Source of the DNA: Candidatus Micrarchaeia archaeon
Lineage (GTDB): Archaea > Micrarchaeota > Micrarchaeia > CAILAH01
Length of the DNA: 64,000 nt
Assembly: GCA_038874595.1 (NCBI GenBank)
Contig: JAVZCB010000006.1
Location: 9,599 to 73,598, forward strand
Reading direction: 5' to 3'
The notes beneath the pieces are model-generated. The model had not been told where the DNA came from. It did not search any database and saw nothing but the letters and a program-made list of their open reading frames with translations. Positions 26,087-36,733 of the stretch are shown piece by piece. A program made the translations under genes and the position numbers. Position 1 is the first letter of the stretch. Every line of letters starts with the position of its first letter.

Positions 26087-27358
26087 TTACTGCGTTTTTG
26101 CCTCAGTCACTTCCAGCACGACACCTGCAGCAACCGTTGAGCCCATATCACGGATTGCAAACCTGCCAAGTGCCGGGAAGTCAGAATACTTCTCAATCAC
26201 AACCGGCTTGAGCGGCTTAATCTTAACCACTGCAATATCACCGGTCTTGAGGAAGTCTGGCTTACCAGCTGACTGGCCAGTCTTCGGGTCCTTTTTCTCT
26301 ATGAGCTCTACAAACTGCCCTGCAAACTGTGACGTGTGTATGTGGAACACGGGTGTATACCCAACAGAAATCGCGGTTGGGTGCTGGAGAACGACCACCT
26401 GTGCCTTGAACTCAGCCGCAACCTTAGGTGGCGAGTTCGGGTCACCGATAACGTCACCTCTCTTCATATCCTTCTTTTCAATACCCTTTATGTTAAACCC
26501 GATATTGTCACCCGGGACTGCCTGTGCAATTTCCTGGTGATGCATCTCAATCCTCTTAACCTCACCTTTTGCACCTGATGGCATCACAACCACGGTCTGG
26601 CCAGGCTTAAGTGTACCTGACTCAACACGACCTACCGGCACGGTACCGTGGCCGGTGATTGAGAACACGTCCTGTACGGGAATCCTCAACGGCTTATCCA
26701 TTGGCTTAGGAGGTACCTTGAACGAGTCGAGCGCCTCAACAATCGTTGGGCCAGTGTACCACGGAGTCTCACTACCTTTCTTTACAATGTTGACACCGTT
26801 ATAAGCGGATATCGGGATAAACGGTATTTCCTCTATCTTATAGCCGATACCCTTAAGCATCGCAACTACCTGTGTTTTTACATCTTCGAACTTAACACGG
26901 TCATAGTTTACAGCATCCATCTTGTTCATTGCAACTATGAACTGCTGTATACCAAGCACCTTTGCAAGGAATGCGTGCTCTTTTGTCTGTGGCTGTATAC
27001 CATCTTTAACTGAAACAACTAGCACAGCCGCATCTGCCTGCGACGCACCAGTAATCATGTTCTTAACGAAGTCCCTGTGCCCAGGGGCATCAATAATCGT
27101 GAAGTGGTACTTCTGCGTCTTAAACTCCTTATGGGAGATATCGATGGTAACACCACGCTCACGCTCTTCTTTTTGCTCGTCCATCACGAACGCAAATTCA
27201 AACGTTGGCTTACCAACCCTTTCTGCCTCTTCTCTGAGCTTCTTAAGTTCCTGCTCAGGGATTGCCCCAGTATCGAACAGAAGCCTTCCGACAGTCGTCG
27301 ATTTACCTGCATCGACGTGGCCGATGAAGACTATGTTCATGTGCTCAAGCTTTGCCAT
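26087..27358 (-). CDS. tuf: translation elongation factor aEF-1 alpha
   Basis: [27 protein letters not shown]-motifs. Full-length aEF1A, 423 aa. Confidence 0.95.
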   Translation of the reverse strand: MAKLEHMNIVFIGHVDAGKSTTVGRLLFDTGAIPEQELKKLREEAERVGKPTFEFAFVMDEQKEERERGVTIDISHKEFKTQKYHFTIIDAPGHRDFVKNMITGASQADAAVLVVSVKDGIQPQTKEHAFLAKVLGIQQFIVAMNKMDAVNYDRVKFEDVKTQVVAMLKGIGYKIEEIPFIPISAYNGVNIVKKGSETPWYTGPTIVEALDSFKVPPKPMDKPLRIPVQDVFSITGHGTVPVGRVESGTLKPGQTVVVMPSGAKGEVKRIEMHHQEIAQAVPGDNIGFNIKGIEKKDMKRGDVIGDPNSPPKVAAEFKAQVVVLQHPTAISVGYTPVFHIHTSQFAGQFVELIEKKDPKTGQSAGKPDFLKTGDIAVVKIKPLKPVVIEKYSDFPALGRFAIRDMGSTVAAGVVLEVTEAKTQ

Positions 27359-27439
27359 TCATTTTCACCTCTAAGCTAAAGTGCTATATTAAAATACGTT
27401 AATTTTAAAATCCTTTTGACTCACACGCATGAGCAAATC

Positions 27440-28021
27440 TCACAGTTCCTTTGCAATATCAACCCAAGGTGCGAGCAGTCTGTTTCTGGTATCCTTTTCG
27501 GTGATTATAACCTCCGCATCCGCAATCGTCTCCTCTATCGGCTTATCGGTAAGTATCTCATATATCTCCGTGCCCTTTTCCTTGTATTTCCTTATCGCAC
27601 GCTCGGTACAGTAATCCAAGAGCTCAGAATAGATATTGGCCTTTACCTTCTCATCCTCATACCCTCTCTCCTTAAGGCGTTTTTCAAGGGATTTTATGGG
27701 TGTCCTTAATATGATAAGCTTGTCAAGCTCCAGGCCGAACTCACATACAAGGTGCCCCTCAACAATGCAATCCTCTGGCAACGCTTCCAGCTCTCGCTTC
27801 AGTGCGGCCATATTAACTATGAGTGCATCGTCGTTTGGGTCTATTTTCGTCCAGAGCTTCTTTTCCTTGACAAGTGCATTAACATCTATAAGAGTGAGCT
27901 TATACTTCTCTGCAAGATGTTTTGCAAGTGTAGTCTTACCTACCCCTGGAACCCCAGTAATCCCAATTCTCATATGGTTAGCATTTGAGAATGAGTTGTT
28001 ATAAACCTTTTTATCTGCCAT
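27440..28021 (-). CDS. AK6/Fap7-type putative adenylate kinase
   Basis: MRIGITGVPGVGKTTLAKHLAEKYKL P-loop. Start is ambiguous (ATG 28045, 28021 or 27973). The TATA-like TATAATTA at ~28047-28056 favours 28021. Confidence 0.75.
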   Translation of the reverse strand: MADKKVYNNSFSNANHMRIGITGVPGVGKTTLAKHLAEKYKLTLIDVNALVKEKKLWTKIDPNDDALIVNMAALKRELEALPEDCIVEGHLVCEFGLELDKLIILRTPIKSLEKRLKERGYEDEKVKANIYSELLDYCTERAIRKYKEKGTEIYEILTDKPIEETIADAEVIITEKDTRNRLLAPWVDIAKEL

Positions 28022-28162
28022 CTGAAAATAGAGCAACAAAACCATTAATTATATCACACGTCCTACAAAAGGAGGTAGATTTACAGCATAGGATAGGTAT
28101 TCTACTCTAGGAGACGGCATCGTGCCCGTCTACATAACCACAGCACATATACATCTTATTAT

Positions 28163-28690
28163 TTATTGCGTAGGATTCCTACCCGCCCTATCTGTGATAT
28201 GCCCAGCTACTCTATACCCCAAATCAAATGCTACTATATACAGAAGATATGACACATCCAGCACAGCAAACGCAAGCGCCGTGATTGGCGTTACGAGCCT
28301 GGCCTGGAGTATGGCCTTTCGGTTCCCAACGGCCTTATTGCTCAAATCGTGCAGCTTCTCATCAGCAAACGCGGCAATCACAAATGCAAACAGGATAGCA
28401 GGATTAACTGTTGCGCCAAGCATACCAGCATACACTGCAAACGCGAGTATTACCATTACGCCGATGTAATGCTCAATTTTATCTATTTTCAGTGCAAGCG
28501 TGTTGCCTAAGACAACACCTCCAATAAGTGGTAGGAGCGTGTTATTCAGAAGACTGCTTATCCCTATCGCACATCCATATATCACACCCAGTGGTGCAGA
28601 TATGAGTATGCTTTTCCTTTTTCTCTCGGAATAGCTGTCAGCAACCTTTGTAAGAAACCCTGCTATGAGCGCAAACACAACATATATCAT
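28163..28690 (-). CDS. hypothetical polytopic membrane protein
   Basis: 175 aa with about 5-6 hydrophobic helices. No family recognised. Confidence 0.5.
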   Translation of the reverse strand: MIYVVFALIAGFLTKVADSYSERKRKSILISAPLGVIYGCAIGISSLLNNTLLPLIGGVVLGNTLALKIDKIEHYIGVMVILAFAVYAGMLGATVNPAILFAFVIAAFADEKLHDLSNKAVGNRKAILQARLVTPITALAFAVLDVSYLLYIVAFDLGYRVAGHITDRAGRNPTQ

Positions 28691-28714
28691 ACAATCACTC
28701 AGCTTTGCCTGCCG

Positions 28715-29557
28715 CTAATACCCTTCAAGGTATATGATTGATTTCATTATGAACTTTGCCACGGTGATATCACAGAAGTGGAACCCATCCTGTGGCCTCA
28801 GCTCAACGAAATCCAAACCTATAACATTCTTTTCCCTGCATACTGCTTCAATAATCCTGGTCGCATCCACCCAGCCAATCCCACCTGGCTCAGGCGTTCC
28901 GGTTGCAGGCATCACCGATGGGTCAAGCACATCAACATCAAATGTTATGTAAACATCATCACCGAGGTCATGAAGTATCGCGTCTATATTCTTATAATTT
29001 GCAAGCACGTTATTGAATTTCCTGGCGTTCTCAAGCTCCTCTTCACACCCGCTCCTTGTACCTACATGCACCACCGAATGCGCCTTGCTTGCCTCATATA
29101 GCGCGCACGCGTGCGAATTCCTGTTCCCCACGTATTCCTCCCTCATATCAAGATGCGCATCCAAATGCAGGATTGAAACATCTTCTGGGAGTGCGGTCAA
29201 TATAGGTATTGAGATGCTATGGTCGCCGCCGATGCATATAGGTATCTTGCCAAGCTGCATTGCCTTTTCGGTTGTGGCGCGTATCCTTTCATACTCAATC
29301 GGCTCGATGGTTGCAAACCGCGCATCAGACACGTTCACACCAGTTTCGAAATCATAGTGCTCAAGCTCCTCAGAAGCCCTAAAAACCGCCTCGGGTGCAC
29401 CCGCAGCACCACGCAGCCAGGAAACGTTTGAATCGTGTGGTACGGGCACAATGACATAATCTGCGGATTCGTATGATGCCGAATCTGTACCCATAAATTT
29501 CCTAAACACCATATATTTGTTTGCATCCCATTGTTTTATATGGGTTATGACATCCAA
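28715..29557 (-). CDS. speB: agmatinase (arginase/ureohydrolase family)
   Basis: CIGGDHSISIPI, HLDAHLDM, ITFDVDVLDPSVMPATGTPEPGG Mn-binding motifs. The real start may be ATG 29512 or 29494. Confidence 0.88.
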   Translation of the reverse strand: MDVITHIKQWDANKYMVFRKFMGTDSASYESADYVIVPVPHDSNVSWLRGAAGAPEAVFRASEELEHYDFETGVNVSDARFATIEPIEYERIRATTEKAMQLGKIPICIGGDHSISIPILTALPEDVSILHLDAHLDMREEYVGNRNSHACALYEASKAHSVVHVGTRSGCEEELENARKFNNVLANYKNIDAILHDLGDDVYITFDVDVLDPSVMPATGTPEPGGIGWVDATRIIEAVCREKNVIGLDFVELRPQDGFHFCDITVAKFIMKSIIYLEGY

Positions 29558-30163
29558 TCACTCCGCGCCATACAGCAACGCCTTGCTGGCAGTGTTATTC
29601 TTGAAGACAGGTTCGGAGAAATACGGCTGATTGGTGGCATAGACATTGCATATAAAGGAGATAACGCAGCCTGTGCAATCGTTCTGTTTGACTATGAAGA
29701 TATGAAGATGGCTGATTCAGCATATGTATGTGGTAAAGTGAAGTTCCCGTATATCCCAGGGCTGCTAAGTTTTCGTGAAGGGCCCATAATGAAAAAAGCA
29801 TACGCACATCTTAACAAAAAGCCGGACCTGCTTCTAGTGAACGGCAATGGTATCCTGCACCCGCGTTTTATTGGGATAGCATCACACCTCGGTGTTGAGC
29901 TTGGCGCACCGACGATAGGTGTTACACAGCACCTGTTATGTGGGCAGGTCGGGGAGGACGGGAAGATATACATAGATGGCAGGCACGTGGGATACTCTTA
30001 CACAAGTAAGAAAGGTTGTGCACCTATCTACATTTCTCCGGGGCACATGGTTTCTTTACAGGCCTCACTTGAAATCGTAAAGAGATGCATTCTGGGGCAT
30101 AAGCTCCCCGAGCCATTACATCTTGCTGATAAATTATCAAAAAAATACGCTAAATTGTGTTGA
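29540..30163 (+). CDS. nfi: endonuclease V
   Basis: IGGIDIAY, KFPYIPGLLSFREGP, LLVNGNGILHPRFIGIASHLG. Confidence 0.88.
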   Translation: MGYDIQSLRAIQQRLAGSVILEDRFGEIRLIGGIDIAYKGDNAACAIVLFDYEDMKMADSAYVCGKVKFPYIPGLLSFREGPIMKKAYAHLNKKPDLLLVNGNGILHPRFIGIASHLGVELGAPTIGVTQHLLCGQVGEDGKIYIDGRHVGYSYTSKKGCAPIYISPGHMVSLQASLEIVKRCILGHKLPEPLHLADKLSKKYAKLC

Positions 30164-30207
30164 CCAGTTTACTAACTGTGTGTGCTTTTAAGAGCATTTT
30201 TATGCAA

Positions 30208-30858
30208 TCACTTTATGTTATAATTCTGGAGCATTGCAAGTGACACAATGGCACATATGAATAACACTATCCCTGCAATACACCCCTTTTCAGCACCGCT
30301 TTTGGATATATCGTCAACAGATTCATTTTTTGGTAAGCTTGAATTTCCGTGGCTAATCGTGTTATCAGATATGGCTTTCTCATCACCAGCTTTATTTTGC
30401 TCTTGTGTGAGGTATGCATAGACCTTTACGCTCACTGTAAGATTCCCTATGTTATCCACATAATTTGTGTAAGTGGAGCCTTTCGGCTCATAAATCCCAA
30501 GCGCCAGCCTGCCCCTATTTGTTGCATATCCTTCCCAGTGGCTGCCGATTGGAAACACATCACCATCACCAAACTTGCCTTGCAGCATCCCAGGCTTGAA
30601 CGTCGTGAACACGTTTGAAAGCCCGTCCGGCCCGGTCTCGAACTGCGGCCGCGGGTCATACCTCCATTTTCCGGAGGCATCCACTACTACATACTGCCCG
30701 GGCTCAACATATACAGTTTCTGAGAATTGCACATTTGCAGGTATCTGGAACGTCCCGCTTTTCACAAGTGTCAAGTTGGCCGGTGGCGCGGCAAGCACCA
30801 GCGATGATATGAGAACTAATACGAATAGTGCTTTTGTATAAGTGCTATGTGATCCCAT
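30208..30858 (-). CDS. exported protein with a possible PA-IL/LecA-like beta-sandwich and a Cys-Gly C-terminal anchor
   Basis: Signal peptide ALFVLVLISSLVLAAPP. The core EPGQYVVVDASGKWRYDP...GMLQGKFGDGDVFPIG...GRLALGIYEPKGSTYTNYVDNIGNLTVSV loosely follows the LecA pattern. C-terminus EKGCIAGIVLFICAIVSLAML..K. Confidence 0.45.
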   Translation of the reverse strand: MGSHSTYTKALFVLVLISSLVLAAPPANLTLVKSGTFQIPANVQFSETVYVEPGQYVVVDASGKWRYDPRPQFETGPDGLSNVFTTFKPGMLQGKFGDGDVFPIGSHWEGYATNRGRLALGIYEPKGSTYTNYVDNIGNLTVSVKVYAYLTQEQNKAGDEKAISDNTISHGNSSLPKNESVDDISKSGAEKGCIAGIVLFICAIVSLAMLQNYNIK

Positions 30859-30916
30859 GGTAAATAATTACCGAAAGTGTATTTAAGCTTAACAGCTATA
30901 ATCACTCGGTGATTTT

Positions 30917-31504
30917 ATGCCGGAATTAAAGACGATAGATAACCTTGCAAAGGCGTTTATTGGGGAAAGCATGGCCCGGAACAGGTATACGATGTATGCG
31001 AGCATTGCGCGAAAGGAGGGATACCTTCAGATAGCTGATATATTCTTGCTTACTGCTGAGAATGAGAAAGAGCACGCTGAATGGAACATGCATATGCTTA
31101 ATGATTTGGTTGCAAAGACGGGTGTACATAAGGAAATCAACGTTGATAGTGAAGTCCCACGCACCGCGATGACCACGTTGGAAAACCTGAAGGCTGCAAT
31201 CGCAGGTGAAAATTACGAATTCACAAAGATGTACCCTGAGTTTGCAGATGTTGCTGAGAAGGAAGGGTTCCCTGAGATTGCAAGCAGGCTGCGTGCCATT
31301 GCAAAGGCTGAGAGCCATCACGAGGAGCGGTACAGGAAGCTCCTTGAGGTTGTTGAGAAGGGTGAGGTGTTCAAGAAGGGCACAAAAGTCCAGTGGGTGT
31401 GCTCAAAATGCGGCTATGTGCACGAGGGCAACACGCCGCCTGCACGGTGCCCATCCTGCGACCACGAGATGAACTACTTTACAGTGAAATGCGAGACGTA
31501 TTAA
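30917..31504 (+). CDS. rbr: rubrerythrin
   Basis: Diiron ferritin-like domain ([17 protein letters not shown]) plus a C-terminal rubredoxin CSKCGY...CPSCDH. Confidence 0.9.
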   Translation: MPELKTIDNLAKAFIGESMARNRYTMYASIARKEGYLQIADIFLLTAENEKEHAEWNMHMLNDLVAKTGVHKEINVDSEVPRTAMTTLENLKAAIAGENYEFTKMYPEFADVAEKEGFPEIASRLRAIAKAESHHEERYRKLLEVVEKGEVFKKGTKVQWVCSKCGYVHEGNTPPARCPSCDHEMNYFTVKCETY

Positions 31505-32220
31505 CGAAGTGTAAAATAAATCCTCTTATTTTCTTTTCCCTTGTTTTCGAGTTTTAGCACTATTAGCTCCCCAATCTCTTGTGTGTTTTTTACGTGTGTC
31601 CCGCCATCCGCTTGTATGTCAACATCAGGGATTTCAACAATACGCAGGACGGCGAGCGATGGCGGCAACGCATTGGCAAGCTTGACAATTCCCTCAATCT
31701 TAAGTGCATCATCGCGTGGGAGCGAATACACTTTAACCTCAATGCTCTTTTTGAATATCTCATTTGCTTTCCTTACGTATTCCTCCATTTTTTCCCTGTC
31801 AAACCCATCCATTGAGAAATCAAACCTGCTCTTGTCAACATCCAGCTGGTTACCGGTAATCTGCGCACCGCCTTCCTTGTAGAATATGCTTGCTAGTATA
31901 TGCGCAGCAGTGTGCATTCTCATAAGCGCGTACCTTCTCTGCCAGTCTAACACACACCTTACCAAATCACCAGGTAAAAAGCCAGGGGCATTAACTTCGT
32001 GCACAGCTTCCCCGTTCTCTTTTTTCACGGATACAACAACAAACTCCCTACCATCCTTTAACCGTATGATTTTTCCCTTATCGCTCGGCTGGCCGCCACC
32101 GCTCGGGTAGAATATAGTCTTATCAAGCACAATATGCCTGCCGTCACCAACTGATATTACAGAACTTTCGCACTCTTTCAGATAAGAATCATCCAGGTAG
32201 AGGAATTTCTGCCCGCCCAT
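31501..32220 (-). CDS. alaX: alanyl-tRNA editing protein AlaX
   Basis: MHTAAHIL and DGGTHV Zn motifs of the Thr/Ala-RS editing domain. Start trimmed to ATG 32220 ([11 protein letters not shown]) to avoid overlapping the upstream gene. Confidence 0.82.
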   Translation of the reverse strand: MGGQKFLYLDDSYLKECESSVISVGDGRHIVLDKTIFYPSGGGQPSDKGKIIRLKDGREFVVVSVKKENGEAVHEVNAPGFLPGDLVRCVLDWQRRYALMRMHTAAHILASIFYKEGGAQITGNQLDVDKSRFDFSMDGFDREKMEEYVRKANEIFKKSIEVKVYSLPRDDALKIEGIVKLANALPPSLAVLRIVEIPDVDIQADGGTHVKNTQEIGELIVLKLENKGKENKRIYFTLR

Positions 32221-32236
32221 ATCACCACAAGAAACT

Positions 32237-33514
32237 TTAGTTAATTTTAAGTGTTTTAATCCCAAACCACCAGGCGTGCGGGTCCATCTTGGCAAGCGCA
32301 CGTGCCCATTTCTGTGCAGTAGCAGTTTTCAGCTTTGTCTGTATGCGCTTGACCCATTCGCGTGCGTGCACGTATCCCTTGAACTCATACTCGCGTGCAG
32401 TCACAAGGTTTTCCAAAAGGTCTGCGTCCATACATATATCAGCAATCTCCTTCTTGCCGAAGCAATCAAGCGCTTCAAGAACTTTCTTTTTCTTCTTTTC
32501 ATCTAAGCGCTCGGCCATATCATTGGCAGCCACTCTCTCAGAATCCTTCTTGTTCTCCCAGTACTTTGATGTGATTTTATTTATGTCACCTATCCTACAC
32601 TCGCCAAGCTCGTGCATCACAACTGCACTTGTGCATTTGTGAGGGTCTTTCCCCTCTTCAATAGCTAGCAGGTATGCAATCACTGATGCCCTAAACACGT
32701 GCTCTGCAACAGTCTCCGGAGAATCAACTTGGATGTGCGCCCACCCGGAACGCTGCGTATATTTCAGAACCCCGGTTTCATAAATGAATTTCATTTGCTC
32801 AAACGGGCTCTTCTTCTCGCTGGTTTCTACTTTATCGATAACCTCAAGCAAATTATTACCATCAGCTATCCATAAGTCATTTTCTTTGGCATACCTTGCA
32901 AGATCTGGTTTTGGATTTAGCGCGATTGGGTATGCAACACTTTCAAGCAGAGGTATATCGTGGATTGTATCGCCAAGTGCAAATGATTTTGAAGTGTCAA
33001 TCCCATTCTTTGTTATGATATCCGCTACGGCGCCAGCCTTGCCACTTTCAGGCTCGTGCAGTGCAGTGAGTATTTTTCCAGTGTATACTTCATTTATCAC
33101 TTCCAGCTCGGTTGCAATAAAATCGTAAATCCCGATGTGCTCAAGCACAAGTTTTGATGGTATAGCAGGTGATACAGTGATTGCAAATATCCTATACCCC
33201 TTATCCCTGAAATGCTTTACGAGCTGGAACGAGTATTCAGGAATGGTTTTTGAGAACGCAGAAAAAAACCTCCTTGCATACCTTATAAGCTCGCTTTCAT
33301 TCTTCCCTCTGATGGCCGCACCATACACAGCAACCCATTCGTGTGCAAAGTTTGGGTGGTCTATCAACCCGCTTTCGTATGCCTCAACTAGGTTTTCATG
33401 CTGGTTAAAAATTGATTCATCAATAATCTGGTTTGCGCCAAGGTATCTCATCCACGCAATACCTATCGAATCGCATAAAGTCCCGTCAACATCAGTTATT
33501 AGAGCCTTGCACAT
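32237..33514 (-). CDS. HAD-family phosphatase fused to an HD-domain (YfbR-like 5'-nucleotidase) module
   Basis: N-terminus ITDVDGTLCD ... ALGDTIHDIPLL (HAD motifs I/IV). C-terminus QRSGWAHIQVDSPETVAEHVFRASVIAYLL ... MHELGECRIGDI (HD). Confidence 0.75.
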   Translation of the reverse strand: MCKALITDVDGTLCDSIGIAWMRYLGANQIIDESIFNQHENLVEAYESGLIDHPNFAHEWVAVYGAAIRGKNESELIRYARRFFSAFSKTIPEYSFQLVKHFRDKGYRIFAITVSPAIPSKLVLEHIGIYDFIATELEVINEVYTGKILTALHEPESGKAGAVADIITKNGIDTSKSFALGDTIHDIPLLESVAYPIALNPKPDLARYAKENDLWIADGNNLLEVIDKVETSEKKSPFEQMKFIYETGVLKYTQRSGWAHIQVDSPETVAEHVFRASVIAYLLAIEEGKDPHKCTSAVVMHELGECRIGDINKITSKYWENKKDSERVAANDMAERLDEKKKKKVLEALDCFGKKEIADICMDADLLENLVTAREYEFKGYVHAREWVKRIQTKLKTATAQKWARALAKMDPHAWWFGIKTLKIN

Positions 33515-33557
33515 ATAACCACTAAAAAGAAAATTAGGTGTAAACTTTTAAAACTAG

Positions 33558-34070
33558 TCACTGCTTCCTGGCAATCTTACCAAATTTTGCATATGGCTTT
33601 TCAGTTGGGGACTCTAGCCGTTCAAAGTATACTTGAGATACCCGCTCACCCGCATACAGCTTAAGTGTGAATGGTGACAGGTTGGCAATCTCAAGTATCT
33701 GGTGGTTGTTTGAGCCCGGCTGTATAACTGCACTTGTCACGTGCACGGTCATTCCGAGCCGTGCAAACCTGCTCCTGCCCCCCAGTATCCCAATTATTGA
33801 GTTTGAAACACGTATCCTCTCCGCAGTTCTTGCAAGGCAGAACTCCTGTGGCCTGAGCACAACGGATTTTGCAATTACCTTTTTCATTAGTTTGTGCGGC
33901 TCCACCTTCTCAACAACATCAACTTCGCCGCGCACTTTCCGCGGGATATAAAACTCGTTTGAGAGCGCCAGGTCATATGACGCCTGGCTGATATATCTCT
34001 CATCAAAAGGGGATATCTCAATATTCCCTTTTGCAATCTCCTTTAGTATATCATTACCTGACAAGTACAT
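33558..34070 (-). CDS. dcd: dCTP deaminase / dUTPase-fold protein
   Basis: MYLSGNDILKEIAKGNIEISPFDERYISQASYDLAL ... GRSRFARLGM. Confidence 0.85.
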   Translation of the reverse strand: MYLSGNDILKEIAKGNIEISPFDERYISQASYDLALSNEFYIPRKVRGEVDVVEKVEPHKLMKKVIAKSVVLRPQEFCLARTAERIRVSNSIIGILGGRSRFARLGMTVHVTSAVIQPGSNNHQILEIANLSPFTLKLYAGERVSQVYFERLESPTEKPYAKFGKIARKQ

Positions 34071-34090
34071 GGTTGCACCCGCAGATATGC

Positions 34091-34378
34091 TTATGCTTTC
34101 TCAATCTTCCCGCTCTTGCCTGCTGATAATTGTTTTGTCCCTTTAAACTCTGAAACCCAGCCATTCGTAAATACTACCTTATCCCCTACCTTAAACTTGC
34201 CGGCATCGTCGTTCCAGAGCGATATCTTGATTTCACCGCTGTCATCCTTGATAGTTCCTGATGCAACCTTCATCTTTACGCCATACTTGTTCATTACCTC
34301 GCGCGGGCTCTCAAGGTCGATAATCTCACCCCTAATCTCACCCGTAACCGCTCCAACCTTTAATTCTGATATTTTCAT
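34091..34378 (-). CDS. single OB-fold nucleic-acid-binding protein (SSB/RPA-like)
   Basis: 95 aa. ...SGTIKDDSGEIKISLWNDDAGKFKVGDKVVFTNGWVSEFKGTKQLSAGKSGKIEK is the typical pattern. Confidence 0.7.
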   Translation of the reverse strand: MKISELKVGAVTGEIRGEIIDLESPREVMNKYGVKMKVASGTIKDDSGEIKISLWNDDAGKFKVGDKVVFTNGWVSEFKGTKQLSAGKSGKIEKA

Positions 34379-34484
34379 TTACACACCTTTGGCCTTTTGT
34401 GGCTGGTGTGCAATTAGCAGGCAAAGATTAAAAACAATTTGATGGTTTGTTTCCAAAAAAATGGAAAAATAAGTGTATCTTGCG

Positions 34485-35003
34485 TTACTGTACCTGGCTC
34501 ACCTTAGCGGTGTAAGACCCTTTAACGTACTTGTCTGCACCGTCATTATACTTGAGCATCACTTCACCGCTTGATACTTCGCCAATCTGTTTTGTGCTGC
34601 TGAACAGCTTGTTGTTACCGCCGGGGCAAGTGAACTCCTTAGATTCGCCAGGTGCGAGTGTTTGTGCACTCGAGAAAGGCGCATTCGTATCTATCCCACT
34701 ACCTTCCTTGCACGCAATCGCCAAGCTTGAGAGGGATATCGCCTGCTGGTTTGTTATCTTGAGTTTCAGGACACCATCCTGTGTAAGCCCTGCAACCTCA
34801 CACTTAAATCCTATCGGGAGGTTGCACGTATCCTGCAGCCTGCTTTGTGGGTTGAGCACGTTCAGGTATATCAGCGCACCGAGCACAAGCACAATCACAA
34901 GCAGTGCCCAGCCGTATGTCATTAAGTATTCCATTGCCGCCTGCCCGCGTAGGCCACGTGCCTGAATAGAGCTTCTTTCATTCTTAATCATGTAATACAC
35001 CAC
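34485..35003 (-). CDS. class III signal peptide (type IV pilin-like) protein
   Basis: ...ARGLRGQA/AMEYLMTYGWALLVIVLVLGALIYL. Confidence 0.75.
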   Translation of the reverse strand: MVYYMIKNERSSIQARGLRGQAAMEYLMTYGWALLVIVLVLGALIYLNVLNPQSRLQDTCNLPIGFKCEVAGLTQDGVLKLKITNQQAISLSSLAIACKEGSGIDTNAPFSSAQTLAPGESKEFTCPGGNNKLFSSTKQIGEVSSGEVMLKYNDGADKYVKGSYTAKVSQVQ

Positions 35004-35052
35004 TATTGAATGGGTAAAAAACCTTAAAAAGGTTGAACGGGCCTAAGCATTT

Positions 35053-35724
35053 ATGGGATTACTAAAAAGCAAAACCACTTATGATGCTCAAGATGCACAG
35101 GTATCAAGACACCGCAGATTTATTGGTGTTGCCGTTGCTATTGGCATAACCGCCGGTTCATTTTTATCACAGGGCGTGCTTGCAGAGAATGCGTACACGT
35201 GCAAGCATAACCCTGCTAAGGATGAGATAGTATATACATACAATGGCAAGTCACGGGCCGCTGGCATCTCGCATTTCTCTGGCCAGTTTGGCAAGCTGGT
35301 TTCATATTACTGCTCTGAGGATAGCACGTTCCTGCTGTTTGAGAAAGGGCTGGTGCGTGCCGGTGGCGGTGCACGGGTTATTAAAACAGGTGAGCTTTCA
35401 ATGCCATTCCCAGGTGACCCGACAAAAGTTATTGAAGGAAGCGTGCTTGACATCTTTGAAGGCACCGCTGTGAAAGGCAGGATAGAATGGGGCACGGTAG
35501 CAGTGGTCATTCTTGATTCAAAATCCATACTCGTGATAAAAAGAATAAATGAGCGGAAAGCCTCACAGCTGCAGACCCCCGTATTTCCTGATATTGACCT
35601 TAAAAGCTGTGAAATCTCCGTGACTGGTGATCTCCAATCAACTAAGGTAGGTATAACTTCAAAAGGGTTTAGCAAGACACTCATCATTGAAGGCACAACT
35701 TCAGAAAATATGGTATGGAAATAA
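35053..35724 (+). CDS. hypothetical exported protein
   Basis: 223 aa with an N-terminal anchor/signal FIGVAVAIGITAGSFLSQGVLA. No family recognised. Confidence 0.5.
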   Translation: MGLLKSKTTYDAQDAQVSRHRRFIGVAVAIGITAGSFLSQGVLAENAYTCKHNPAKDEIVYTYNGKSRAAGISHFSGQFGKLVSYYCSEDSTFLLFEKGLVRAGGGARVIKTGELSMPFPGDPTKVIEGSVLDIFEGTAVKGRIEWGTVAVVILDSKSILVIKRINERKASQLQTPVFPDIDLKSCEISVTGDLQSTKVGITSKGFSKTLIIEGTTSENMVWK

Positions 35725-35750
35725 AAAACAAGGAATAAAATAAAGCAAAA

Positions 35751-36716
35751 CTATGCGCGCAAGCGCGCAAGCGCCAGGCCTCCAATCACAGCAATCAGGA
35801 GTGCACCAACAGGGCACGTGTTCCCGGCAGGTTTTGGTATATTCTCAACACCAGGCACTATACCTGTATTCTTACCATCATAGCCGCCTGCTGGACCAGT
35901 TGCCCCAGTGTCGTGGTTCTCCTGCTCTACATTCTCTTCTCTATTATTTTCTGTTTCTGCCTGTGTTTCCTGTGCCTGCTGTGGCTCACACTTAATTGCA
36001 CCCATTTGTGCAACTGCATTGTCAGCCATATTCTTCACATCAATGAACTGGTTTTCTATATTCTGGAAGCTGCACTGCGCGACACGCAGCTTCAATGAGT
36101 TAAGCAGCCTTTCACACTCCATTACAGTTGCGGTGTATCCCTTGTCAGCACAGCACGGGCACGCCGCAAGTGCCGCTTTTGCATTACTCACGCTTTTCTC
36201 TGCATCGTACACCTTAGGCATCAGCTTCTTCTCAAACTGTGTCTCAGTGTGTATAATCTTTAGTGGCATATTGTAAACCAGCTGTTCCTGTGATTTCCTG
36301 CACACTGCCCTGAACACCGCCCACTTATCGAGCTCTTCAGTGCCGCTGCCTTTCCCACCGAACAAGATATTGAACGTTAGCTTGCAATCATCATTGCCAC
36401 TGATGGAGCACGCGAACTTTTCATCAGTGTATGTCCCCGTTGAGAAGTCGTAGTAGGAATAATACACATCCATCTGGCCAGTGCACGTGCTTGGATAATT
36501 CATTCTCATAGTTATAGGTGTCACTTGAATTTCAAGCGGCATATCGCAGTTTCCTATATCGAGAACCGTGTTATCACTTATCATCCTACCCCTTGCACCA
36601 TCAATCCCCTTGATTGATACGGTGAACGTGGTCCCAGCTGCACCAAGCGTTATTAGGAGCAGCAGCATTGCACACACATATGTATCCATAACACCTTGTT
36701 TAATATCCAATTTCAA
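35751..36716 (-). CDS. hypothetical exported Cys-containing protein with a Cys-Gly C-terminal anchor
   Basis: Signal MDTYVCAMLLLLITLGAAG, an acidic Q/E/N-rich stalk, and C-terminus GNTCPVGALLIAVIGGLALARLRA. Confidence 0.55.
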   Translation of the reverse strand: MKLDIKQGVMDTYVCAMLLLLITLGAAGTTFTVSIKGIDGARGRMISDNTVLDIGNCDMPLEIQVTPITMRMNYPSTCTGQMDVYYSYYDFSTGTYTDEKFACSISGNDDCKLTFNILFGGKGSGTEELDKWAVFRAVCRKSQEQLVYNMPLKIIHTETQFEKKLMPKVYDAEKSVSNAKAALAACPCCADKGYTATVMECERLLNSLKLRVAQCSFQNIENQFIDVKNMADNAVAQMGAIKCEPQQAQETQAETENNREENVEQENHDTGATGPAGGYDGKNTGIVPGVENIPKPAGNTCPVGALLIAVIGGLALARLRA

Positions 36717-36733
36717 GTCTCGACCTTAACCTT

